Assembly (NCBI GenBank): GCA_045106675.1
Contig: JBGCFA010000014.1
Location: 1 to 64,000 of the forward strand
Direction: 5' to 3'
DNA: 64,000 bases
Source: Bacteroidia bacterium
GTDB lineage: Bacteria > Bacteroidota > Bacteroidia > J057
Below are positions 1 to 8,026 of this stretch, piece by piece; position 1 is the stretch's first letter; each line of letters starts with the position of its first letter. The position numbers and the translations under genes are program-made. The notes beneath the pieces were generated by a model. The model was not told where the DNA came from. It did not search any database and was given only the letters and a program-made list of their open reading frames with translations.

Positions 1-3000
1 ACGGCCCTGCAGAATTTTTTGCAGATCCTCAGCATCCTGTTTGTCTGCGAGTTCTAACTTTAACTCACCTTCCAGATCGTCGATTTGACCTTGCAGTATT
101 TGTTCCTGACTTGGGCCTTCACCACTACTTTGTTCTTTTTGCAAACTAAGCGTTTGTTCAAGGCGCTCTATTTCCAGTTGTTGATTATGGGTTGAAGCAA
201 GGAGCTGTTGTTTTTCCGCCACCAGAGAATCCCGTTCCTGAGTCAGAATCTGAATACTATTGTTATGTTCTTCCCGCAGGCGCTCTTGTTTATTTTTCAG
301 GATTTGAAACTGAGTCTCGGCCTGATTATTTGCTACCGACTCTGAAGCAAGTTGTGCTTCTAGTTCCTCAATCCGTTTTTGCAGTAATGTTTGCTCTGCC
401 ATCCTGCTATTATTTTTTTCCTGACTATTGACTGCCGTAAGGAGTTGTTGTTTTTCGGCCAGCAGTGCATCGCGTTCCTGCGTGAGGGTCAGGATGGTAT
501 TATTTTGCTGTTTCTGTAGTCTTTTTGATTCGGTTTGAAGGGTGAGTTTTTGTGCCTTCTCATTAGATAGCTGGGTTTCTAGTTCTTCGATCTGGTTTTG
601 TAGTAATGTTTGCTCTGCTAGGCTATTTTCATTTTCCTGTTCATCATTGGCTGCCGCGAGGAGTGCATCACGTTCCTGCGTGAGGATCAGGATTGTATTA
701 TTTTGCTGTTCTTGTAGTTTTTGTGCTTCGGTTTGGGCGAGGAGATTTTTCGTGTTTTGCTTAGCGAGCTGGGTTTCCAGTTTCTCGATCTGGTTTTGTA
801 GTAGTGTTTGCTCTGCTAGGCTATTTTCATTTTCCTGTTCATCATTGGCTGCCGCGAGGAGTGCATCACGTTCCTGCGTGAGGGTCAGAATGGTATTTTT
901 TTGCTGTGCCTGTAGGATCTTATGCTGATCCTGCATGTTTTGAAACTGAATCAAATCTTGGCTTTTTTTTGCACTTTCCGTAGCAAGTTGCCCTTCGAGT
1001 GTGATAATACGGTTTTCCAAAAGCTGCTGCTGGGCTAAGTTGGCATTGTCCTTTTTGCCAATATTATTCAACTGCAATTCCAATTGTGTAATCTCAGTTT
1101 GTTTGGCTTTGATAGAGGTGGTCAGTTCTTGTTCTCTGTTTTGTTGTCCCAATAACTGAGTCTCAAGCTCATTGATGCGGCTTTGCAATTGTTGCTGAGA
1201 GGTGGCGGCTGAAGCGCTTTGTTGGGAAGCACTTAACTGTCCTTTCATAGAAAGGATCTCCTGATCTTGTTGATAATTAAGTCCTTGGAGTTTCTTTACC
1301 TCTGCAAACAGGGAATCTCTCTGGGCGCTCTGCCTACGTGATTTTGTTATACTTTCCTGAGAGGTGGATTGCAATTTTGTGGCCAGTATTCCATTTTCCT
1401 CCTGTAACTGGGAAATGTAATTCTTCATTTCATCTGGATCAGGCTGAGCATTGAGTTGTCCTTCAAGGGAAGCAATGGTGCCGTTCAGAAGTTGGATTTC
1501 CTGTTGTTGAGCACGGTTTTGAGTGAGAAGAGACTGATACTTAAGCCGTTGATCTTGTTGTTGCTCCAGTCTCTGATTGACTTGTTGTGTCTGAACCTTT
1601 TGTTGGGTTTGGAGATTTTGCAGCGATTCGCGAAGAGTGATTCTTTCCTGATTTGCGGTGGTGAGGTTCGCCGACATGGCTCTCCATGAACGACTTAAGT
1701 TTGCAAGGTCTGTATTTGCGGTGGCGAGCTGTTGACTAAGCTGGGAAATTTGCGTTTGATAGCGATCTATCTCTGCCTGGGATACCTGGTTTTCATCTCC
1801 CACCTCAAGTTGACTCCCCATGCGAGCTATCACCTGCTGAAGCTGAAGTACATGTGTTTCCTGAAGGTCGTATTCAACAAGAAGGTCATTGGAATTCGTT
1901 CTAATAAGCTGGGTCAATCGACTGTTTTCTTCTTCCAGCCGGAGGAGCTCTGTTTTTTGTTTTTCCAGTTCATCCTCGTTATTCCTCCCTGGGATCTGCG
2001 TATTTCTTTGCGCTAAAATTGTTTGATTTAACTGTTGTTCTAGGAGGTTTTTTGCAGTAGTGAGTTCTATTAATGTCCCTTTCAATAAGAGATAGGACTG
2101 CTGACCAGGATTTAGGGTAGCAAGGTTCAAGGCTTGATTTAACTCCTTTATTTGTTGTTTGAGGCCCCTCTCAGCAGATTTTAATACTTCGTTTTCAGAC
2201 TGTACTTGTTTGATCAGCTTGAGGAGTTCTGCTTCCAGCTTTCGTACTTCCTCTTCCAGGACCTCTGCTTCTGGAGGGAGTGGACTGGCAAGTCTGGGTT
2301 CGGTCTGAGCCGCGATGGATTCCTGTTCAGGAATATTTTCATCCCAAAAGTTGATTCTAAAGCTAAAGTTCTGCTCTCTTCTGTGTTCAGCCATTAAAGC
2401 TTTGTGCCCCCTTCTCCAACCCCGGTCCGGACCACAAAAACGATTTAAGTTTGAAATCTCGTAGAAGCGTAAGGCAATGGCAGGTTGTTCGGCCAGGCCA
2501 GTGAGGTTGCTATTGAAGGCCTTCATGACATTAGGATTGCTATTCAACCAGGCAGCTGAGGCCATTAGCTTATAAGCCACATCCGGATGCATTCGCATCC
2601 AACTCAGATTCTTAAACAATTTCTCCGTGAGTTCAGGATGTCGTTTGTAATAGACGAGTTTGGCCTCATCGAAAAACGGGTATTTATCTCTTAGTTGGGC
2701 TATAATGGCAGCATCTAGATCGACCCTATAATTGTGAGCCGTTCCCAGACGTCGCTTGGTTTCCAACTCGTTGAGAAAACCGTCCTGATCCAAATCTGCT
2801 TCGGCAAAAAACTCATCAACCAGAAAGTAGGCCCATTCTTCTGGAAAAGCTTCCATTTCTCCATAGGAGAGCTGCTGATCCTTATTTCGATCAGTTTCTG
2901 CATAACGGGTCTGGACTAACCAAAGGTCGAGCCAATCAGCATGTCTGGAATTTTGAGCTAGAGAAATGTTTAATCCTCCCCAAAAAAGCAAGGTGAGTAC

Positions 3001-3024
3001 TGACGAAACGCGGAGCCGTCGCAT
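1..3024 (-). CDS. Partial (C-terminus lies off the window) secreted EF-hand-containing giant coiled-coil protein. ATG at 3024..3022; about 1,008 aa are inside the window.
   Basis: The minus-strand frame reads open from 3024 to position 1. The N-terminus MRRLRVSSVLTLLFWGGLNISLAQ looks like a signal peptide. A DLDQDGFLNELE loop is EF-hand-like. More than 700 aa of Q/E/L-rich heptad sequence follow. There are no plus-strand ORFs over 100 aa across the region. Confidence 0.65.
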   Translation of the reverse strand, partial: MRRLRVSSVLTLLFWGGLNISLAQNSRHADWLDLWLVQTRYAETDRNKDQQLSYGEMEAFPEEWAYFLVDEFFAEADLDQDGFLNELETKRRLGTAHNYRVDLDAAIIAQLRDKYPFFDEAKLVYYKRHPELTEKLFKNLSWMRMHPDVAYKLMASAAWLNSNPNVMKAFNSNLTGLAEQPAIALRFYEISNLNRFCGPDRGWRRGHKALMAEHRREQNFSFRINFWDENIPEQESIAAQTEPRLASPLPPEAEVLEEEVRKLEAELLKLIKQVQSENEVLKSAERGLKQQIKELNQALNLATLNPGQQSYLLLKGTLIELTTAKNLLEQQLNQTILAQRNTQIPGRNNEDELEKQKTELLRLEEENSRLTQLIRTNSNDLLVEYDLQETHVLQLQQVIARMGSQLEVGDENQVSQAEIDRYQTQISQLSQQLATANTDLANLSRSWRAMSANLTTANQERITLRESLQNLQTQQKVQTQQVNQRLEQQQDQRLKYQSLLTQNRAQQQEIQLLNGTIASLEGQLNAQPDPDEMKNYISQLQEENGILATKLQSTSQESITKSRRQSAQRDSLFAEVKKLQGLNYQQDQEILSMKGQLSASQQSASAATSQQQLQSRINELETQLLGQQNREQELTTSIKAKQTEITQLELQLNNIGKKDNANLAQQQLLENRIITLEGQLATESAKKSQDLIQFQNMQDQHKILQAQQKNTILTLTQERDALLAAANDEQENENSLAEQTLLQNQIEKLETQLAKQNTKNLLAQTEAQKLQEQQNNTILILTQERDALLAAANDEQENENSLAEQTLLQNQIEELETQLSNEKAQKLTLQTESKRLQKQQNNTILTLTQERDALLAEKQQLLTAVNSQEKNNSRMAEQTLLQKRIEELEAQLASESVANNQAETQFQILKNKQERLREEHNNSIQILTQERDSLVAEKQQLLASTHNQQLEIERLEQTLSLQKEQSSGEGPSQEQILQGQIDDLEGELKLELADKQDAEDLQKILQGR
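190..930 (-). repeat. In-frame tandem repeat with a 198-nt (66-aa) period, about 3.7 degenerate copies, inside the coiled-coil CDS.
   Basis: The block atctggttttgtagtaNtgtttgctctgctaggctattttcattttcctgttcatcattggctgccgcgaggagtgcatcacgttcctgcgtgagg recurs at about 591 and 789, 198 nt apart. A more diverged copy sits at about 370-520. Translation gives the repeated peptide ILTLTQERDALLAAANDEQENENSLAEQTLLQNQIE.LETQL. Confidence 0.8.
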
Positions 3025-3420
3025 AAGATTTGCTGCAATTTACAAGGCCAAAGGGTTGATACTCAACACCCTTGCCAAGTTGAATAGAATCATGAATAAA
3101 TCCGTTCCTATTTTCGAATAAACCTTATTATGAATAAGCTCCTGCTTATACCGATCGTGATAGCGGTTTTAGTGCTTATTGACTGCTATGCCTTCAGACA
3201 ATGAAGACGACTACCTAAAACCTTACAAGCCCTGCTCGGCAATGCAAACTTGGCATTTTCAACCAACTACCTGCATATGGTTTCTGGTAGTTTTCTCATC
3301 CAGGACGAAATATGGCGTCCAAATTGAGAAATAGTATGAAGTGAGGGGATATGCTTATTTCGAGTCTTTGCCAGAAGAGGACGATGATCATGATGGTGCT
3401 TTGCTTTAGTGCTTCACCTT

Positions 3421-3480
3421 CGGTGGAACGCTCCTACTCTTAGCCTTGGCCCCGTTTTTCTATCGTTCCGCGCAGCGGTA
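3421..3480. repeat. Degenerate, reverse-oriented copy of the dispersed palindromic repeat family (core GAACGC...GCGTTC / CGTTCCGCGCAGCGG).
   Basis: cggtggaacgctcctactc...tatcgttccgcgcagcgg matches the reverse complement of the consensus ccgtggaacgcttctagcgttctgcgaag seen at 43296-43330. Confidence 0.4.
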
Positions 3481-3704
3481 TACCCCCAAAAACTTGAGCG
3501 TCAGATCGCGTAATAAAATCTCTCGATTTATAGCTACTCATCATTCACGCAGTGGGAATTTGTTCCTGCTGCCTTTTTTTTGATAGAGTTTATCACCATT
3601 TGCGATATAGGAAACACCAATTGTATGGGATGAAATCTCATAATGAGGCAAGCTAAACGCATGAAAACGGCCTTATGATACTGTAGTAAATCTCACTAGG
3701 GCAT

Positions 3705-3727
3705 TTTGCCAAATTTTCTTATTTTTG
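3705..3727 (+). promoter_or_regulatory. Candidate Bacteroidota-type promoter for ffh: TTTG at 3705-3708 and TAttTTTG (TAnnTTTG, -7 element) at 3720-3727.
   Basis: The motifs lie 30-50 nt upstream of the ffh ATG at 3757. The spacing between the -33-like and -7-like motifs is shorter than the canonical one, so the call is weak. Confidence 0.2.
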
Positions 3728-3756
3728 GGTCCCTTTAGTAAATAGGTCAAAACCGT

Positions 3757-5109
3757 ATGTTTGAGAGCTTACAGCAGAATATAGAAGGCGCTTTTCGTAA
3801 ACTGAAAGGCCAAGGAAGAATTACTGACGTCAACGTTGCCGAAACGCTGAAAGAAATTCGGCGTGCTTTGATTGACGCGGATGTAAATTATAAAGTCGCC
3901 AAAGACTTTACCGCTAAGGTAAAAGAAGAGGCTTTGGGACAGGAGATATTGATCTCTGTTTCGCCGGGTCAATTGATGATCAAAATCGTCCAAGACGAGT
4001 TGACAAAATTGATGGGTGGGCAAAATGAAGGCATTAGCACTGCCAAAAACCCTCCTACGGTTATTTTGATTGCCGGTCTACAGGGTTCTGGTAAAACGAC
4101 TTTTACTGGTAAACTTGCCAAATACCTCAAGAGTAAAGGCAAAAATCCTCTGCTAGTAGCGGGTGATGTTTATCGTCCTGCTGCGATTGATCAGTTGGAA
4201 GTCTTAGGTGAGCAGGTCGGTGTGGATGTTTACCATGAGCGGGAAAACAAGAGTCCTGTCGATATTGCGAAAAACGCCATCAAGCACGCTAAGGCAAATG
4301 GCAAAGATTTGGTCATCGTGGATACCGCCGGTCGTTTGGCAGTAGATGAACAAATGATGAGCGAGATCGCTGATGTGAAGTCTGCTATCAATCCTGATGA
4401 AATTCTATTTGTGGTTGATGCCATGACTGGACAGGATGCCGTAAATACAGCCAAAGCCTTTAACGAACGCTTGAATTTTGATGGGGTAGTGCTCACCAAA
4501 ATGGATGGTGATACACGTGGTGGTGCTGCCATTTCGATTCGTTCGGTAGTTGATAAGCCAATCAAATTTATCTCTGATGGAGAAAAATTAGATGCTTTAG
4601 AGCTCTTTTATCCAGAGCGTATGGCTACCCGCATCCTCGGTATGGGTGATGTAGTCTCACTTGTAGAAAAAGCGCAAGAGCAGTTTGATCAAGTAGAAGC
4701 AGAGCGATTACAGCGCAAAATCCGCAAAAATGAGCTGGATTTTGATGATTTTCTCTCGCAGATCAAAGCCATCAAAAAGATGGGTAACGTCAAGGACCTA
4801 CTTGGTATGATTCCAGGTATGGGCAAGATGACCCGTAATATGGATATCGACAATGATGCCTTTAAGCATATTGAAGCGATCATCCAATCTATGACGAGAG
4901 AAGAACGATCTAAACCGCAACTTCTCAATGGTTCACGTCGTCGTCGTATTGCAACTGGTAGTGGACGTAGCGTTCGCGAAGTGAATGAATTGCTTAACCA
5001 GTTTCAGCAGATGAAAAAGATGATGAAGAAAATGAATGCTGCTGGCCGCTCCGGTAAAATGGCACGTAGTATGAGCCAAATGCAAATGATGCAAAATCGC
5101 CGTAAGTAG
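3757..5109 (+). CDS. ffh: Signal recognition particle protein Ffh (SRP54 GTPase).
   Basis: 450 aa. It has an N-domain and a G-domain, with Walker A GLQGSGKTTFTGKLAKYLK, DTAGR and TKMDGD GTPase motifs. The C-terminal M-domain is methionine-rich (MSQMQMMQNRRK). Confidence 0.95.
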   Translation: MFESLQQNIEGAFRKLKGQGRITDVNVAETLKEIRRALIDADVNYKVAKDFTAKVKEEALGQEILISVSPGQLMIKIVQDELTKLMGGQNEGISTAKNPPTVILIAGLQGSGKTTFTGKLAKYLKSKGKNPLLVAGDVYRPAAIDQLEVLGEQVGVDVYHERENKSPVDIAKNAIKHAKANGKDLVIVDTAGRLAVDEQMMSEIADVKSAINPDEILFVVDAMTGQDAVNTAKAFNERLNFDGVVLTKMDGDTRGGAAISIRSVVDKPIKFISDGEKLDALELFYPERMATRILGMGDVVSLVEKAQEQFDQVEAERLQRKIRKNELDFDDFLSQIKAIKKMGNVKDLLGMIPGMGKMTRNMDIDNDAFKHIEAIIQSMTREERSKPQLLNGSRRRRIATGSGRSVREVNELLNQFQQMKKMMKKMNAAGRSGKMARSMSQMQMMQNRRK

Positions 5110-5145
5110 GATTTCGATAGGCAGAATTCAAATGCCAGAGTCAAA

Positions 5146-5210
5146 CTGCAGCATGTAAATTTGAAAAGGAGCGATTCCTTTCCGATTTTACATACTGCAG
5201 TTTTTATTTT
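5146..5210 (+). terminator. Rho-independent terminator after ffh.
   Basis: An inverted repeat ctgcagcatgtaaa...tttacatactgcag forms a 13-bp stem with one mismatch and is followed by tttttatttt. Confidence 0.6.
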
Positions 5211-5236
5211 TGGCTCACCCTTCAAGCTCTACTACA

Positions 5237-7666
5237 ATGAAGTACTTACTCTTTCCTCTCTTATTATTATTTGTAGCACCATTGATCGCACAAGAAAACT
5301 TATCCTACCAAAAACCTCCTACCGAAATACTCGAGTTGGTGGACGTCCCCCTCGCTCCGGGTGTTATCATGGATGTCGAAGCAGAAAATATGATTCTGCT
5401 TTACCGCGATACTTATAAAAGTCTCGCCACGCTTTCTGAAAAAGAAATGCGTCTTGCAGGTCTTCGTATCAACCCTAACACTAATATTGGTAGCCGGACT
5501 ACCTATTATAAAAACCTCAAAGTTCAAAAAGTGAGTGGGGGAGAGGCAGTACAGATTGACGGTTTACCTGAAGAGCCTCGTCTCTCTAACTTCAATTGGT
5601 CGCCTGATCAAACCAAAATTGCTTGTACCAATACAGTAGAAGCAGGAGTTGAAGTTTGGGTATTGGATGTTGCCAGTGCCTCAGTGAAAAAAATCACAGA
5701 AGCGAATGTCAATGCCAATATGGGTAATCCTATCCGCTGGTTAGATGACGAAAAGATGTTGGTCAAGTTTATCCCCAAGGATCGCCAAGACCTGATCAAT
5801 ACGGGTACCAGCGTTCCGGCAGGGCCGACAATCTCTAAAAGCGATGGTGCCAAAGCCCAAAACCGTACCTATCAAGATTTGCTCAAAAATAATATAGATG
5901 AGCATAATTTCGAGCAATTAGCCTATTCAGAATTACATCAAGTCGATTTGAATGGTGGGAGTAAAGAATGGATGGAAAGTGCCATGTATAGTTCAGTTTC
6001 CCTTTCGCCTGACCGTAGTTATGTGATGGTAACGACTATTCACCGCCCGTTTTCTTATATCGTACCTTATTATCGTTTTCCCCAGAAAACCGTTGTCTAC
6101 GAGCGTTCTGGGAAGCAGATCAGTGTTGTCAACGAGATCCCATTGATAGAAGAGATGCCTAAGGGCTTTATGGCGGTGCGTACAGGCCGCAGAAGTATGC
6201 AATGGCGTAGTGATCGTCCATCTACTTTGGTCTGGACTGAAGCTTTGGATGGCGGTGATCCTGAAATGGAAGTGGAATACCGTGATGAAGTATTTCAAAT
6301 GGACGCGCCCTTCCGCGATGGAGCGGTCTCTCTTCTCAAAACTCAGCAACGCTTCAATAACATCCAATGGGCCAGTGATGAGATGGCAATCGCGACTGAT
6401 TATTGGTGGAATACTCGTAATCTAAAAACCTATATATTCAACCCTTCGGATCAGACACAGGAACCTAAACTCCTATATGATCGCAATTATCAAGACCGTT
6501 ATAGTGATCCTGGTAGCTTTGTCAGTAAGCGAAATGAATATGGACGCTCGGTCTTAGAAATGGATAAAAACAATCTGTTTTTGATGGGAGCAGGCTATTC
6601 GGATGAGGGCCAGTTTCCTTTCATTGATAAGCTGAGCCTTAAAGACTTGTCTACCAAACGTTTGTACCAGTCTGCTTATACTGATAAAAAAGAGAGTTTG
6701 AACTCTGCGATAGATATGAAAAATGGGGAAATCCTCGTGCGTATCGAGTCGCCGACAGAGTATCCTAACTACTATATCCGCAACATCAAGAAGGATGATT
6801 TGCAGCAAGTTACGGCTTTTACCAATCCTTTCAAGAGTTTACAAGACGTCCACAAAGAAGTGATCAAGTATAAGCGTGATGATGGACTTGAGCTTTCGGG
6901 TACGCTATACCTTCCTGTCGGCTATGATATGGACGCCAAGGAAAAAATGCCGATGATCATGTGGGCTTATCCGCGCGAATTCAAAGACAAAAATAGCGCC
7001 TCACAGTCCACTTCTAATCCCAATAGCTTTATCTATCCCTATTATGGTTCGATGGTTTATTGGGTGACGCGTGGCTATGTCGTCCTTGACAACGCTGCAT
7101 TCCCAATTATCGGAGAGAAGGAAGATCAGCCTAATGATACCTTTATTCCTCAGCTAGTCGCGAATGCTAAGGCTGCTATCGATGCGGTAGATGAGCTAGG
7201 CTATATTGATCGGGACAGAGTTGCAGTCGGTGGGCACTCTTATGGAGCCTTTATGACAGCAAACTTATTGACGCATTCAAACCTATTTGCAGCAGGTATT
7301 GCCCGTAGTGGAGCCTATAATCGGACGCTGACTCCATTTGGCTTCCAGAGCGAAGAACGTTCTTATTGGGAGGCGCCAGATGTCTACAATACGATGTCGC
7401 CCTTCATGAATGCTGATAAGATGAAAACGCCATTATTGTTGGTGCATGGAGAGGCTGATAATAATTCAGGTACTTACCCGATGCAAAGTGAGCGTTATTT
7501 CAATGCACTTAAAGGTATGGGTGCTACGGCTCGTTTGGTTATACTTCCCAAAGAAAGTCATGGCTATGCGGCTAAAGAGTCTATCCTACACCTACTTTGG
7601 GAGCAGGATCAATGGCTAGAGAAATACGTGAAAAATCGCGTGATGGAAGAGCCGGAGAATAAATAG
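5237..7666 (+). CDS. Secreted S9-family serine peptidase (prolyl oligopeptidase / dipeptidyl-aminopeptidase type) with an N-terminal beta-propeller.
   Basis: The signal peptide is MKYLLFPLLLLFVAPLIAQ. The ORF track starts 27 nt upstream at 5210, but the ATG at 5237 gives a proper signal peptide. The C-terminal alpha/beta-hydrolase has GGHSYGAF (GxSxG nucleophile), LLVHGEADNN (Asp) and ESHGY (His). Confidence 0.85.
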   Translation: MKYLLFPLLLLFVAPLIAQENLSYQKPPTEILELVDVPLAPGVIMDVEAENMILLYRDTYKSLATLSEKEMRLAGLRINPNTNIGSRTTYYKNLKVQKVSGGEAVQIDGLPEEPRLSNFNWSPDQTKIACTNTVEAGVEVWVLDVASASVKKITEANVNANMGNPIRWLDDEKMLVKFIPKDRQDLINTGTSVPAGPTISKSDGAKAQNRTYQDLLKNNIDEHNFEQLAYSELHQVDLNGGSKEWMESAMYSSVSLSPDRSYVMVTTIHRPFSYIVPYYRFPQKTVVYERSGKQISVVNEIPLIEEMPKGFMAVRTGRRSMQWRSDRPSTLVWTEALDGGDPEMEVEYRDEVFQMDAPFRDGAVSLLKTQQRFNNIQWASDEMAIATDYWWNTRNLKTYIFNPSDQTQEPKLLYDRNYQDRYSDPGSFVSKRNEYGRSVLEMDKNNLFLMGAGYSDEGQFPFIDKLSLKDLSTKRLYQSAYTDKKESLNSAIDMKNGEILVRIESPTEYPNYYIRNIKKDDLQQVTAFTNPFKSLQDVHKEVIKYKRDDGLELSGTLYLPVGYDMDAKEKMPMIMWAYPREFKDKNSASQSTSNPNSFIYPYYGSMVYWVTRGYVVLDNAAFPIIGEKEDQPNDTFIPQLVANAKAAIDAVDELGYIDRDRVAVGGHSYGAFMTANLLTHSNLFAAGIARSGAYNRTLTPFGFQSEERSYWEAPDVYNTMSPFMNADKMKTPLLLVHGEADNNSGTYPMQSERYFNALKGMGATARLVILPKESHGYAAKESILHLLWEQDQWLEKYVKNRVMEEPENK

Positions 7667-7732
7667 GTTCTCCTTTCTATAGCATTTAGCGCTGGCAGAT
7701 TACTTGATTTTCTGTCAGCGTTTTTGTTTGGC

Positions 7733-7760
7733 TGCTTCGCAGAACGCTAGAGACGTTTCA
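7733..7760. repeat. Copy of the dispersed palindromic repeat: gcttcgcagaacgctagagacgtttc.
   Basis: Near-identical to the copies at 28969-28998 and 43299-43328. It lies in the 360-bp intergenic region between the convergent peptidase and ABC-F genes. Confidence 0.6.
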
Positions 7761-7910
7761 CACAATCGTTTGACACGCTATATCGGTCCGAAGGACGTAG
7801 ATCGCCTCGCGTGCAGGCACGCCTTCAAACCGAAGAGAGAAGTCTCCGATTTCCCAATTCATGTCTGGCTATCGGGATTCTGCGGAATGAATGTGTGCGA
7901 GATTTTTCAC

Positions 7911-7950
7911 CTCTGCGCTCGTTCGAAATGATCGTTCCGCGAAGCGGACG
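7911..7950. repeat. Second, degenerate copy of the palindromic repeat in the same intergenic region (core cgttccgcgaagcgg).
   Basis: ctctgcgctcgttcgaaatgatcgttccgcgaagcggacg. The dyad CGTTCCGCG/CGAAGCGG resembles the core of the family. Confidence 0.4.
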
Positions 7951-7959
7951 AAAAAGAAT

Positions 7960-8004
7960 CCACCAAAAGCAATCGGCCTCCGAGAATAGATCTCAGAGGC
8001 CGAT
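7960..8004 (-). terminator. Rho-independent terminator downstream of the minus-strand ABC-F gene.
   Basis: The hairpin aatcggcctccgag-aatagatc-tcagaggccgatt has a 13-bp stem with one mismatch. A U-rich run (gcttttgg) follows on the minus-strand transcript. Confidence 0.55.
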
Positions 8005-8026
8005 TTTATATTGAAATCTGGTGATG

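Noticed and set aside
3025-3756. Unusually long (733-bp) divergent intergenic region upstream of ffh. I scanned it for SRP RNA, 6S RNA, or riboswitch-like structure.
   Set aside because: No conserved SRP RNA helix-8 motif or other recognisable ncRNA signature was found. It contains a degenerate repeat copy and a 24-aa sORF (3131-3205) with no support.
5161-5418. 85-aa plus ORF overlapping the terminator and the start of the S9 peptidase
   Set aside because: It is out of frame with the peptidase and overlaps the terminator hairpin. It has no features of a real gene.
7704-8014. Two overlapping plus-strand ORFs (75 and 67 aa) in the peptidase/ABC-F spacer
   Set aside because: They are composed of the palindromic repeat copies and the terminator hairpin. 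They have no ribosome-binding context or recognisable motifs. I judge them spurious.
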